From: Nautiliaceae bacterium
Lineage (GTDB): Bacteria; Campylobacterota; Campylobacteria; Campylobacterales; Nautiliaceae
NCBI GenBank assembly: GCA_039831155.1
Contig: JBDONT010000032.1
Coordinates: forward strand, 1-43,502
Reading direction: 5' to 3'
Length of the DNA: 43,502 nucleotides
The notes beneath the pieces are model-generated. The model did no database searches. It had not been told where the DNA came from and worked only from the letters and a program-made list of their open reading frames with translations. The first letter of the stretch is position 1. Each line of letters begins with the position of its first letter. The translations under genes and the position numbers were made by a program. Positions 19,374 to 29,724 of the stretch are shown here, in pieces.

Positions 19374-19928
19374 ATGATACTTTGTAGTGCTTCTAAAACC
19401 CGTGCTAAATTATTACAAGAAGCAGGTATTGATTTTATTCAAAAAAGCTGTGATTTTGATGAAGAACGGATAACGGCTAAAGACCCGTATGAATTTGTAT
19501 TTACAGCTAGTTACGGTAAATTTAAAGAGTGCTGTAAATGTTTTAAAAGCGAAGACATTATAACGGCGGATACGGTTGTGAGTGATGGAAAAGAGATTTT
19601 AAGAAAAGCCAAATCAAGAGATGATGCAAAAAGAATCTTACTTGCTCAAAGTGGAAAAGAGATAAAAATTATAACTTGTATGTGGGTTAGGTTTAAAGGG
19701 CGGACTTTTTGTAGGATAGATGAGACCGTTTATGAATTTGAGGAATTTGATGTTAATGATTTGGAAAAATATTTGGATTCTAATGAGTGGCAGGGAAAAG
19801 CCGGAGCGTGTATGGTTGAGGGATTTTGTAAAAAATATATAAAAAATATAAAAGGGTATGAGTCTACTGCAATGGGGCTTTGTTTGGAAGAGTTAGTAAA
19901 AATAATAGGAGAGAGAAATGTTAATTAG
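19374..19928 (+). CDS. maf: Maf-family nucleotide pyrophosphatase
   Basis: LCSASKTR, ADTVV and KAGAC motifs; preceded by TGaTACAAT at 19347-19355. Confidence 0.9.
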   Translation: MILCSASKTRAKLLQEAGIDFIQKSCDFDEERITAKDPYEFVFTASYGKFKECCKCFKSEDIITADTVVSDGKEILRKAKSRDDAKRILLAQSGKEIKIITCMWVRFKGRTFCRIDETVYEFEEFDVNDLEKYLDSNEWQGKAGACMVEGFCKKYIKNIKGYESTAMGLCLEELVKIIGERNVN

Positions 19929-20814
19929 AGAGATTCAAGAGTTTCAAAGAATTAGAAAAGACGCTAGGGCTTATTTTTGTTATCTGCTTCAGAGAAATTT
20001 GCCAAATAGGCTCCCGAATATAGGAGTTGATGTTATTTATGACGGACTTGAGAGAATAGTTCACGAAATTCCCGAAGCTAATGCCGCTTATGTATTGGAT
20101 GCCGGGGGTAAACAGATTAGTAAAATGATAACTTTAAAAGATAAGTATAAAAATTTTGATGTTGAATTTAATCAGGCGAATAGAACTTATTTTTATAAAG
20201 CGGTTAAAGAAAAAAAGTGTATCTTAACTGACCCTTATCCGAGTTTAATAGGTGGAGAGATGGTGGTAAGTGCGGCAATGCCGATTTTTAACGATAAAGG
20301 GGAGCTTTTGTATGTAGCGGTTATCGATATTCCTTTAGAAGAGATTTTAAAATTTGTTCATAAAGAAAGAGGGGATAACTGGGCTCATACTTTCAATAGA
20401 GTGGTTTACGGTGTTTTTGCAGTTGCTTTATTTGCTATTTGTGTGCTTTTGTTTATAGATGGGATTAAGATGTTTTTTACTTATACGCTCAATAATATAG
20501 ACGTTAAGAAAATGTTTGAGTCTACTATTTTGATAACTCTTTCGTTAGCTCTTTTTGATTTGGTGAAAACCCTTCTTTTTGAAGAGGTTATAGGGGAAAA
20601 AGAGGACAATCCTTTTGCCATTCATAAAACTATGATTAAGTTTTTGGGAAGTATTGTAATTGCCCTTGCGATTGAGGGACTTATGCTTGTATTTAAATTC
20701 GCTATGATTGCTCCGCATAAATTAATTTATGCGGCTATGCTTTTGGCTGCTGTTACGTTTTTACTTGTGGGACTTGCTTATTATATGAAAAATGTGGGTA
20801 AAGATATAAAATAA
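19918..20814 (+). CDS. pglG: PglG-like protein (PDC/Cache domain plus C-terminal TM helices)
   Basis: RTYFYKAV...LTDPYPS Cache motif and four C-terminal TMs; lies upstream of cheY-prmA-ftsH as in Campylobacter. Confidence 0.65.
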   Translation: MLIREIQEFQRIRKDARAYFCYLLQRNLPNRLPNIGVDVIYDGLERIVHEIPEANAAYVLDAGGKQISKMITLKDKYKNFDVEFNQANRTYFYKAVKEKKCILTDPYPSLIGGEMVVSAAMPIFNDKGELLYVAVIDIPLEEILKFVHKERGDNWAHTFNRVVYGVFAVALFAICVLLFIDGIKMFFTYTLNNIDVKKMFESTILITLSLALFDLVKTLLFEEVIGEKEDNPFAIHKTMIKFLGSIVIALAIEGLMLVFKFAMIAPHKLIYAAMLLAAVTFLLVGLAYYMKNVGKDIK

Positions 20815-20822
20815 GGAAGATT

Positions 20823-21428
20823 ATGATAGGAATTGTAAACTATAATATGGGTAATTTGGCAAGTGTCGTTAACGCTTTTAAAAAAATAGGTGCTAATGTT
20901 GAGGTTGTAAATGAGAGTGATAAACTGAAAAACTACGATAAACTTGTATTTCCGGGAGTCGGGGCGTTTGGTGATGCAATGCTTCATTTAAAAGAGACAA
21001 ATCTTGATGAGGCTATGAGAGAGTTTGTAAAAAGTGGAAAATACGTACTTGGAGTTTGTCTTGGAATGCAGCTTTTGTTTGATAGAAGTGAAGAATTTGG
21101 TGAACATAAAGGACTTGGGATAATTCCCGGGAGTGTGATTAGGTTTGATAAAAAAATAGAATCGACTCATAAAGTCCCGCATATGGGATGGAATAAAATG
21201 TTTTTTAAAAAAAATTTACCTCTTTTTAAAGGGCTTGATAATCCTTATTTGTATTTCGTTCACTCTTATCACGTAGTGTGTGATGAAGAGTATGTAATAG
21301 GTAAGACAATTTACGGGTATGAGTTTGTAAGTGCCGTAAATAAAGATAATGTATTTGGGTTTCAACCGCATCCGGAAAAGTCTCATAACGAAGGGCTTAA
21401 AATTCTTGAGAATTTCGTTAAGTTATAA
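20823..21428 (+). CDS. hisH: Imidazole glycerol phosphate synthase, glutaminase subunit
   Basis: PGVGAF, GVCLGMQ, YFVHSY and HPE motifs. Confidence 0.96.
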   Translation: MIGIVNYNMGNLASVVNAFKKIGANVEVVNESDKLKNYDKLVFPGVGAFGDAMLHLKETNLDEAMREFVKSGKYVLGVCLGMQLLFDRSEEFGEHKGLGIIPGSVIRFDKKIESTHKVPHMGWNKMFFKKNLPLFKGLDNPYLYFVHSYHVVCDEEYVIGKTIYGYEFVSAVNKDNVFGFQPHPEKSHNEGLKILENFVKL

Positions 21429-21447
21429 GGGGTTAAAAGGGTAAGAG

Positions 21448-22407
21448 ATGATAAAATTATTAGAAATTAAAAACTACAGACGTTTACAATCTTTTAAATT
21501 TGATGGATTTAGAAGAATAAATTTAATTACGGGGGCTAATAATATAGGAAAAACTTCTTTATTAGAAGCTATATCTTTTGCAACATTGGATAATCCGGAT
21601 TCTGTTATATTGAATTTATTTCAGATTTTACAAAAAAGAGACCCTGAAATACCTATAAGGCATAAAGAGGAGCCGATAAGTAGTTTTATCGGCGATATCA
21701 GAAAAAGGTATAAGTTTTTTGAAATTAACAGCAATTTAACAAATATTTCTTTTAAAAGTAGCGATTCGATAGAATATTTATTTGAAATAAAAGTTAATAA
21801 AAAGAATAAAAAATATACGAAAATAGTTAATCCTTATATTCTGCCTGAAATTGATACTAAACATTATGTGTTTATTGTGGATTTAGGAGGTAGTATTATT
21901 ACTTTAAAAGAGTGGTATAAATTCGTGCAAACCAATGAAGATGAAGAGTTTATAAATGAAAATATTAAACTTTTTGACTCTAATGTAGAAAAATTTAAAA
22001 TTATTAATGATGAACCTTCTGTAAAAATAAAAAATCTTAACGATTATATACCTATTAGCGAACTTGGTGAAGGATTGAAGAGATTTATTTTTATTTTACT
22101 TGCGTTTTATAAAGTTAAAGATAAAAAAAACGGTATTGTTTTAATTGATGAGGTTGAGAATGGAATTTGGTATAAAAATTATGAATTAATTTGGAAAAAT
22201 ATAATTTATTTAAGTGAAAAATTTAATGTTCAGGTTTTTGCAACAACTCATTCAAAAGAATTGATTGAATCTTTTGTAAAAGTTATTGAAAAAGAAAAAT
22301 TTGATGATATGAGTTTTATAGAACTTTTAGAAGATAGGTATATGCATTTTAATAAGGATACTTTAAAATTAGAGCTTGAAAATGATTTTGAGGTTAGAGG
22401 ATGGTAG
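21448..22407 (+). CDS. ABC/AAA_15-21-type ATPase (AbiEii/AriA/OLD-like)
   Basis: Walker A GANNIGKT, signature LGEG, Walker B LIDEVENG and H-loop TTHS; no TM partner. Confidence 0.88.
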   Translation: MIKLLEIKNYRRLQSFKFDGFRRINLITGANNIGKTSLLEAISFATLDNPDSVILNLFQILQKRDPEIPIRHKEEPISSFIGDIRKRYKFFEINSNLTNISFKSSDSIEYLFEIKVNKKNKKYTKIVNPYILPEIDTKHYVFIVDLGGSIITLKEWYKFVQTNEDEEFINENIKLFDSNVEKFKIINDEPSVKIKNLNDYIPISELGEGLKRFIFILLAFYKVKDKKNGIVLIDEVENGIWYKNYELIWKNIIYLSEKFNVQVFATTHSKELIESFVKVIEKEKFDDMSFIELLEDRYMHFNKDTLKLELENDFEVRGW

Positions 22408-22952
22408 TAGATATTGGAATTATAATAGAGTCTGCCGAAGCTGGAAAAAGTGAGCAAAATCATATTGTCAGAATACTTGATTTAAAAAAATATGAGAATA
22501 ATATCTATTTGGATTTGAGAGGTAGAAAAATTATGTTCTATAAAATGAAAGGAAAAGGTGAACTTTTAAAAGAAGAAAATTATAATGGTATTGTTCAAAA
22601 AAGTAAAAAATTTTTATTTATATTGGATGCAGATGAAAATTTTAATAAAACTCAAAGCGATATTCAAAGTTTGATTGGTAGTTTAGTTCAAAAATTTAAT
22701 ATAAAAGCTGATTATTTTATAAGTTGTAATCCTCATACGAAAAAAGGTAATATTGAAACGCTTTTGCTTGAATGTGTAAAAGAGAACTTAAAAACGTGTT
22801 ATAGAAATTTTTTAAAATGTATGGGTAAAGATAGCTTAGATAAATGTTTGGCAAAAAATCTTTTACAAAAAATGTTTGAAATAAAACAACCACCATATGA
22901 ATTGGATTGTGAATATTTTAATAAATTAAGAAATAAATTTAGTAATTTATAA
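22401..22952 (+). CDS. TOPRIM-like protein (DUF3226-like)
   Basis: N-terminal IIIES glutamate, ILDAD DxD and GNIETLL; overlaps the ATPase stop. Confidence 0.65.
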   Translation: MVVDIGIIIESAEAGKSEQNHIVRILDLKKYENNIYLDLRGRKIMFYKMKGKGELLKEENYNGIVQKSKKFLFILDADENFNKTQSDIQSLIGSLVQKFNIKADYFISCNPHTKKGNIETLLLECVKENLKTCYRNFLKCMGKDSLDKCLAKNLLQKMFEIKQPPYELDCEYFNKLRNKFSNL

Positions 22953-22961
22953 GGAGTAAAA

Positions 22962-23666
22962 ATGACTATTTTCCCGGCGATAGATTTAAAAGACGGTAAG
23001 GCTGTTAGGCTTACAAAAGGTTTGATGGAGAGTGCGAAAGTATACAGTAATGAGCCTTATGAACTTGCAAAAAGATTTGAGGAAATGGGGGCTAAGTGGC
23101 TTCATATAGTGGATTTAAACGGGGCTTTTGCAGGAGAACCTAAAAATATAGAACAGATTGAAAAGATAAGAAAAAACACTAAATTAAAAATCCAGCTAGG
23201 TGGTGGAATAAGGGATGAAGATACGATAAAAAGATATCTTGATTTGGGTATTAACAGACTTATTTTAGGAAGCATTGCAGCAAAAAATCCTCAAAAAGTA
23301 ATAGAACTTGCCGATACTTATCCGATAGCCGTAGGAATTGATGCAAAAGGCGGTTTTGTAGCGATTGACGGATGGGGTAAAACCGAGGGTATAAAAGCTA
23401 CGGAACTTGCTAAAATGTATGAAAATTCTAAAATAGAGTGTATAATTGCAACAGATATTTCAAAAGACGGAACCTTAAGTGGTCTTAATATCGACTTCAT
23501 TTTGGATATCCAAAATGCAAGTAAAAAACCGGTAATCGCCAGTGGTGGGGTAGCCTCCCAAGAAGATATTAAGAAAGTAAAAGAGAACAACATTTACGGG
23601 GTAATAATCGGAAAAGCCTTTTATGAGGGCAGAATAGATTTAGAAAAAATTTTAAAGGAGTATTAA
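22962..23666 (+). CDS. hisA: ProFAR isomerase
   Basis: [28 protein letters not shown] and ASGGV motifs. Confidence 0.96.
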   Translation: MTIFPAIDLKDGKAVRLTKGLMESAKVYSNEPYELAKRFEEMGAKWLHIVDLNGAFAGEPKNIEQIEKIRKNTKLKIQLGGGIRDEDTIKRYLDLGINRLILGSIAAKNPQKVIELADTYPIAVGIDAKGGFVAIDGWGKTEGIKATELAKMYENSKIECIIATDISKDGTLSGLNIDFILDIQNASKKPVIASGGVASQEDIKKVKENNIYGVIIGKAFYEGRIDLEKILKEY

Positions 23667-24043
23667 TGGGAAAAATATTAGTAATAGACGACTCATCAAC
23701 GATGAGAAGAATTCTTGTGAATACTTTGGCTAGATTAGGTTATACTGATATTGTTCAAGCTGCTGATGGAGTTGAAGGATGGGAAGCTTACAGAACTCAT
23801 AAGGATGAAATTGAAGCGATTTTAACTGACTGGAATATGCCTAATATGGACGGGCTTGAGCTTGTTAAAAAAATTAGGGCAGTTGACCAGGATACACCTA
23901 TCGTAATGGTAACAACAGAAGGTGGTAAAAAAGAGGTTATTACCGCTTTAAGAGCTGGCGTTAATAATTATATTGTTAAACCTTTTGACCCACCTACTTT
24001 AAGAAAAAAATTAGAAGCGATATTTAATAAAGATGCAAAGTAA
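23666..24043 (+). CDS. cheY: Chemotaxis response regulator
   Basis: Single receiver domain with DDSSTMRRI, TDWNMP and YIVKPF. Confidence 0.93.
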   Translation: MGKILVIDDSSTMRRILVNTLARLGYTDIVQAADGVEGWEAYRTHKDEIEAILTDWNMPNMDGLELVKKIRAVDQDTPIVMVTTEGGKKEVITALRAGVNNYIVKPFDPPTLRKKLEAIFNKDAK

Positions 24044-24854
24044 GTATTACGAATTAAAAGTTAAGGTTTCGTCTTTTAAAGACGAAATCGAAAACTTTTT
24101 AATGGAAAGATTTTTTAACGGTATCGAAGAGAAAAACGATACGTTAATTTTAAGAAGTGAGGATAAGTTTGATTCTCTTATAGATGAGTTGAAAGATTAC
24201 GTAAAAGCGTTAGAAGAGATTTTTCAAACTAAAATAGATTTACAAATAGAAATAGAAGAAAAGTCAAATAAAGATTGGATAAAAACTTATCAGGAATCAG
24301 TAAAACCGGTTGAAATTGAGGAATTTTATATTCATCCTAGCTGGTATCCTCCTAAAGAAGGAAAAATTAATATCCTAATAGACCCGGCTCTTGCATTTGG
24401 AAGTGGTCACCACGAAACGACAAGAAGCTGTGTAAAAGCTATAAAAAAATATGTTAAAAAGGGTGATACTCTTTTAGACGTAGGATGTGGAAGTGGAATT
24501 TTGGGAATTGTGGCAAGTAAGCTGGGGGCTAAGGTTGATGCGTGTGATACCGACCCTTTGGCAGTTAAAAGTGCTAGGGAAAATTTTGAACTAAACAATG
24601 TAAGCTATAATGAAATTTGGGAAGGTAGCGTAAACAATACCGATAAAACTTATGATGTGGTGGTAGCTAATATTATTGCTGATGTTTTGGTTTTTATCGC
24701 TAGGGATTTAAAAGAAAAAACAGAAAAATATTTGATTCTCTCCGGGATAATAGATAAATATAAAAACAGAGTCCTTCAAAAATATAAGGATTTTGAATTA
24801 ATCGAAGAAATCCCGGAAAACGAATGGGTTACATTAATATTTAAAAGGAAATAG
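24033..24854 (+). CDS. prmA: Ribosomal protein L11 methyltransferase
   Basis: DPALAFGSGHHETT, DVGCGSG and ANIIAD motifs. Confidence 0.95.
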   Translation: MQSKYYELKVKVSSFKDEIENFLMERFFNGIEEKNDTLILRSEDKFDSLIDELKDYVKALEEIFQTKIDLQIEIEEKSNKDWIKTYQESVKPVEIEEFYIHPSWYPPKEGKINILIDPALAFGSGHHETTRSCVKAIKKYVKKGDTLLDVGCGSGILGIVASKLGAKVDACDTDPLAVKSARENFELNNVSYNEIWEGSVNNTDKTYDVVVANIIADVLVFIARDLKEKTEKYLILSGIIDKYKNRVLQKYKDFELIEEIPENEWVTLIFKRK

Positions 24855-26738
24855 ATGGCAGATAAACAGAATAACGATAATAAGAATTTTTTTGATAAAA
24901 ATCCTTTGTTGCTTTTTATAATTTTTGCTTTAATAATTATAGTGGTATTTAGAAGTATAGCTCCAAGTACTTCAAACGGATTAAATTCCATTACTCAAAA
25001 CGTGGCTCTTACTTATTCGGATATAAAAAAACTAGCTAGGGAAAAAAAACTTGAATATGTGGCTATAGGAAAACATTTAATAAAAGCTAAATTAAAAGAC
25101 GGGGTTGTGGTGACGGTACAAAAAGTACCGGGTGATACCAGTTTGATTCCTATTTTGGATAAAAATCATATTCCTTACGGTGCTATGAATGATAATAATT
25201 GGTTTAGCGATTTGATTTTTGGCTGGATTATTCCTATATTTATTTTTTTTGCTATTTGGATGTTTTTGGCAAACCGTATGCAAAAGGGTATGGGTGGAGT
25301 TTTAGGAGTAGGAAGTGCAAAAGGGCTTATAAAATCGGAAAAGCCGGACGTAAAGTTTGATGATGTTGCCGGAAATGACGAAGCGAAAGAGGAAGTAAAA
25401 GAGATAGTGGATTTTCTGAAAAATCCCGATAGATACATAGACCTAGGTGCAAAAATCCCAAAAGGTGTTTTGCTTGTAGGGCCTCCGGGTACCGGTAAAA
25501 CACTTCTTGCAAAAGCCGTGGCAGGTGAAGCTAACGTACCGTTTTTTGCAGTGAGTGGTAGTAGTTTTATCGAAATGTTTGTAGGGGTTGGAGCTGCTAG
25601 AGTTAGGGATTTGTTTAACCAGGCTAAAAAAGAGGCTCCTAGTATTATATTTATCGATGAAATTGATGCAATCGGTAAAAGTAGGGCTGCCGGTGGAATG
25701 ATGGGAGGTAATGACGAAAGAGAACAAACCCTAAATCAGTTACTTGCCGAAATGGACGGATTTGATTCCAATGAACCCGTAATTGTGCTTGCGGCTACCA
25801 ACAGACCCGAAATTCTTGACCCGGCACTTTTAAGACCCGGAAGATTTGATAGACAAGTGCTTGTTGATAAACCGGATTTTGAGGGAAGAGTTCAGATTTT
25901 AAAGGTGCATATTAAAAAAATTAAAGTCGGTAAAGACGTAGATGTAAGAGAGATAGCAAAAATGACGGCAGGACTTGCAGGTGCGGATTTAGCTAATATT
26001 GTAAATGAAGCTGCACTTCTTGCCGGTAGAAAAAATAAAAAAGAGGTAAATCAAGAGGAGTTTGTAGAGGCGGTTGAGAGACAAATTGCAGGGCTTGAAA
26101 AAAGAAGCAGAAGACTTAACGAAAAAGATAAAAAAATTGTCGCTTATCACGAAAGTGGACATGCTGTAATTGCAGAAATAACACCGGAAGCCAGAAAAGT
26201 TAAAAAAGTTTCAATCGTTCCAAGAGGGCTTGCCGCACTTGGATATACGTTGAATCTGCCGGAAGAAGATAAATATTTAATGCAAAAAAGCGAACTTATT
26301 GCCGAAGTTGATACACTGCTTGGAGGAAGGGCTGCGGAAGAGGTGTTTATAGGTGAAATTTCAACAGGTGCCGGAAATGACCTTGAGAGGGCTACTGATA
26401 TTATTAAATCTATGGTTATGCTTTACGGTATGACTGACGTAGCCGGTCTTATGGTTCTTGAAAAGCAGCAAAACAGATTTTTAGGTGGAGGATTTTCTCA
26501 AGGCAGGGATTATTCGGAAAAAACTCAAGAAGAGATTGACAGATTTATAAAACAGACTCTTGAAGAGAGATACAAACACGTTAAGAACCAATTAAAAAAA
26601 TATGCTCCGGTTATTGAGAAAATGGTAAAAGAGCTTTATGAAAAAGAGGTAATTGAAGGAAGCAGGGTAAGAGAGCTTATTAAAGAGTTTGAAAATCCTA
26701 ATAATGAGGAGAATAATGAAAACAGAAATGATTCTTAA
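24855..26738 (+). CDS. ftsH: ATP-dependent zinc metalloprotease
   Basis: Two TMs; [21 protein letters not shown] and HESGH. Confidence 0.98.
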   Translation: MADKQNNDNKNFFDKNPLLLFIIFALIIIVVFRSIAPSTSNGLNSITQNVALTYSDIKKLAREKKLEYVAIGKHLIKAKLKDGVVVTVQKVPGDTSLIPILDKNHIPYGAMNDNNWFSDLIFGWIIPIFIFFAIWMFLANRMQKGMGGVLGVGSAKGLIKSEKPDVKFDDVAGNDEAKEEVKEIVDFLKNPDRYIDLGAKIPKGVLLVGPPGTGKTLLAKAVAGEANVPFFAVSGSSFIEMFVGVGAARVRDLFNQAKKEAPSIIFIDEIDAIGKSRAAGGMMGGNDEREQTLNQLLAEMDGFDSNEPVIVLAATNRPEILDPALLRPGRFDRQVLVDKPDFEGRVQILKVHIKKIKVGKDVDVREIAKMTAGLAGADLANIVNEAALLAGRKNKKEVNQEEFVEAVERQIAGLEKRSRRLNEKDKKIVAYHESGHAVIAEITPEARKVKKVSIVPRGLAALGYTLNLPEEDKYLMQKSELIAEVDTLLGGRAAEEVFIGEISTGAGNDLERATDIIKSMVMLYGMTDVAGLMVLEKQQNRFLGGGFSQGRDYSEKTQEEIDRFIKQTLEERYKHVKNQLKKYAPVIEKMVKELYEKEVIEGSRVRELIKEFENPNNEENNENRNDS

Positions 26739-27357
26739 GGAAGGATATCCTTATATAGGAGCCGGTTTTTTAGCTTTTCTTCTTTCTTTAATTTTAACAC
26801 AGAGTTCTTTTTGGCATTTCTTTTGGTTTTTAGTTTTTGCGTTTTTTGTCTATTTTTTCAGAAATCCGGAAAGAGTCCCGGAAGATAGTTCAAAAGGGGC
26901 TATAATATCTCCTAGCGACGGAGAGGTTATAGAAATAAAAGAAGCTATAGCTCCCATAACTAATGAAAAAATGTTAAAAATTTCTATAAGACTTTCTATA
27001 TTCGATGTACACGTTCAACGCTCTCCTATTTATGGGCAAATGAGTGCTAGAGAGTATATTCACGGGACTTTTTTAACGCTAAATTCGCCTAAAGCGAGTG
27101 ACCTAAACGAACAAAACAGAGTTTTGTTTGAAAATGGAATAAATAAAGTTGTCGTAAATCAGATAGCAGGGTTTGTTACAAGAAGAATAGTGATGTTTAG
27201 GGATTTAGGAAGTGTGAAGTTAGGAGAGAGATATTCGATGATAATGTTCGGGTCTCAAGTGGATTTGTATTTACCTTTGAGTGCTACTGTTAAAGTGAGT
27301 GAATTTCAAAAAGTAAAAGCAGGGGAAAGTTTAATAGGATTTTTAAATGAAAGTTAA
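26716..27357 (+). CDS. Phosphatidylserine decarboxylase, short pssA-linked type
   Basis: [20 protein letters not shown] and FGSQVD self-cleavage motif; ATG at 26716 after GAGGA. Confidence 0.85.
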   Translation: MKTEMILKEGYPYIGAGFLAFLLSLILTQSSFWHFFWFLVFAFFVYFFRNPERVPEDSSKGAIISPSDGEVIEIKEAIAPITNEKMLKISIRLSIFDVHVQRSPIYGQMSAREYIHGTFLTLNSPKASDLNEQNRVLFENGINKVVVNQIAGFVTRRIVMFRDLGSVKLGERYSMIMFGSQVDLYLPLSATVKVSEFQKVKAGESLIGFLNES

Positions 27358-28054
27358 GTTTGTTTATTTGATTCCCAATTTTTTTACGGCTTTAAGTGCT
27401 TTTTTAGGGGTGATGAGTATTATCTCTTCTTCTCAAGGTAAGTTTGAAAAAGCTTTTATTTATATTATGCTCTCTTTAATTGCCGATGGGCTTGACGGAA
27501 GATTAGCCAGACTTACCAATACCACTTCCAAATTTGGAGTGGAGTTTGACTCTTTGGCTGACGTTATAGCCTTTGGGGTAGCTCCGGCTATGATGCTGTT
27601 TTTTTCCATAGGAAGTGAATACGGGAGATTCGGAGCGTTGGTGAGTGGTCTTTATGTGGTGTTTGGTGCTATCAGACTTGCTAGATTTAACGTAACGACC
27701 TCTGAAAACGACCCTAGGTATTTTATAGGGCTTCCTATTCCTACAGCCGCAGTTGTGCTTAGTAGCTGGATTATGCTGGAGCTTAAATATAGAAGTAATT
27801 GTGATTATATTGTATTGTTTGGAGCGTTGCTTTTGGCGTTTTTGATGGTTAGTAATTTTAGGTATCCGAGTTTTAAGAAGATGGATTTGAATAAAAACGT
27901 GGCTTTTAAGGTATTAATTGTTTTGATTTTGATATCTTCTTTAATTTATTTGTATCCGGTTGAAGCTATAGCTTCGATTCTTAGTTTGTATACGTTTTAC
28001 GGATTATACAGAGGAATAAAAGGTTATTTAAAGATAATAAAAACTAAAAGATAA
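27347..28054 (+). CDS. pssA: CDP-diacylglycerol--serine O-phosphatidyltransferase
   Basis: DGLDGRLAR...FGVEFDSLAD, RLARFN and GLPIP motifs. Confidence 0.95.
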   Translation: MKVKFVYLIPNFFTALSAFLGVMSIISSSQGKFEKAFIYIMLSLIADGLDGRLARLTNTTSKFGVEFDSLADVIAFGVAPAMMLFFSIGSEYGRFGALVSGLYVVFGAIRLARFNVTTSENDPRYFIGLPIPTAAVVLSSWIMLELKYRSNCDYIVLFGALLLAFLMVSNFRYPSFKKMDLNKNVAFKVLIVLILISSLIYLYPVEAIASILSLYTFYGLYRGIKGYLKIIKTKR

Positions 28055-28064
28055 TTTTTTTCCA

Positions 28065-28093
28065 TTGACAAAAACTTAAATTTGATGTAAAAT
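28065..28093 (+). promoter_or_regulatory. Sigma70 promoter of leuA
   Basis: TTGACA, 17-nt spacer, TAAAAT. Confidence 0.7.
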
Positions 28094-28119
28094 AAGAAAA
28101 ATAGAGCAAAAGGATAAAA

Positions 28120-29670
28120 ATGGAAATGGTAAAAATATTTGATACGACTCTTAGAGATGGGGAGCAAAGCCCCGGTGCCAGTATGACTATAGAAGAAAAA
28201 ATAAAAGTGGCAAGACAACTTGAAAAATTAAGAGTGGATATTATTGAATCCGGTTTTGCAGCGGCAAGTCCCGGAGATTTTGAGGCTATTAATATGATAG
28301 CAAAAGAGATAAAAGATTCTACTATCTGTTCTCTTGCAAGAGCTGTTGAAAAAGATATAAAAGCAGCGGCAGACGCAATAGCACCGGCACCTCTTAAAAG
28401 AATTCATACGTTTATAGCAACTTCGCCTATTCATATGGAATATAAGCTTAGAATGAAACCGGAAGAAGTTATTAAAAGAGCTGTTGATGCAGTAAAATAC
28501 GCAAGAACGTTTGTTGATGATGTAGAGTTTAGTTGTGAAGATGCCGGAAGAAGTGAAATGAGCTTTTTAAAAGAGATAATTGGAGCAGTTATTGAAGCCG
28601 GGGCGAAAACTATAAATATTCCGGATACTGTCGGATACAGATTTCCAACTGAAATGGGGGTTATGATAAAAGAGCTTACCGAATATTTCCCAAAAGATAT
28701 AACTTTTTCAGTACATTGTCACAACGACCTTGGGCTTGCTACTGCCAATTCTCTTTACAGTATTTTAAATGGTGCAAGACAGGTTGAGTGTACTATAAAC
28801 GGACTTGGAGAGAGAGCCGGAAATGCCGCTTTAGAAGAGATTGTAATGGCTATAAAAGTTAGACGTGATTTGTTTGAGGGAATTGATACTAGAATAAATA
28901 CAAAAGAGATTTATCCGACAAGCCGTCTTGTCGCAAGTGTAACGGGCATAGAGCCTCAACCGAATAAAGCGATTGTAGGTAAAAACGCGTTTGCACACGA
29001 AAGTGGTATTCATCAAGATGGAGTTTTAAAACATAAAGAGACTTATGAGATTATGAGTGCAGAGAGTATAGGTCTTGATGTAAGAGATACTATCGTGCTT
29101 GGAAAACACAGTGGAAGACACGCTTTTTCTAAAAAGTTGGAGTCTTTAGGATTTAAACTTTCTAAAGAAGAGTTGGATGAAGCGTTTATGAAGTTTAAAA
29201 AACTTGCCGATAAGAAAAAAGAAATTTATGATGAGGATATTATTGCGATTTTAAATGATACTATGGATTCAACACCTAAAACTTATGAGCTTATCTCACT
29301 TCAACTTAGCGATTGTAGCGACGGAATGCCAAGTGCCGCTGCAAAAATAAAATTTGAAGATAAAATTTACGTAGACGCCGCAATTGGAGAGGGGACTATT
29401 GATGCAGTATTTAAAGTAATAGACAGAATTAGTGGAATTACCGGTAAGCTTATGGATTATAAAGTGGAAGCCGTAAGTGAAGGAAAAGACGCACTTGCAA
29501 AAGTTATGGTAAAAGTTGTATTTGATAAAGATAAACCGGCTGTTATGGGGCACGGGCTTAGTATCGATACTATGCTTGCAAGTGCCAGGGCTTATATAAA
29601 CGCTCTTAACAATTACATCCATATGAAAGATTTATTACAAAAAAAGATTAGCTATAAAGACAGTATTTAA
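28120..29670 (+). CDS. leuA: 2-isopropylmalate synthase
   Basis: [22 protein letters not shown] and HESGIHQDG motifs. Confidence 0.97.
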   Translation: MEMVKIFDTTLRDGEQSPGASMTIEEKIKVARQLEKLRVDIIESGFAAASPGDFEAINMIAKEIKDSTICSLARAVEKDIKAAADAIAPAPLKRIHTFIATSPIHMEYKLRMKPEEVIKRAVDAVKYARTFVDDVEFSCEDAGRSEMSFLKEIIGAVIEAGAKTINIPDTVGYRFPTEMGVMIKELTEYFPKDITFSVHCHNDLGLATANSLYSILNGARQVECTINGLGERAGNAALEEIVMAIKVRRDLFEGIDTRINTKEIYPTSRLVASVTGIEPQPNKAIVGKNAFAHESGIHQDGVLKHKETYEIMSAESIGLDVRDTIVLGKHSGRHAFSKKLESLGFKLSKEELDEAFMKFKKLADKKKEIYDEDIIAILNDTMDSTPKTYELISLQLSDCSDGMPSAAAKIKFEDKIYVDAAIGEGTIDAVFKVIDRISGITGKLMDYKVEAVSEGKDALAKVMVKVVFDKDKPAVMGHGLSIDTMLASARAYINALNNYIHMKDLLQKKISYKDSI

Positions 29671-29724
29671 AATTGAAAATAAACAATAAAAAATGTAAAA
29701 TAATAATAAAAAAACAGGATTGAG

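Noticed and set aside
28094-28119. Possible leu attenuator or leader peptide upstream of leuA
   Set aside because: The leader is only about 20 nt, with no Leu-rich peptide or terminator.
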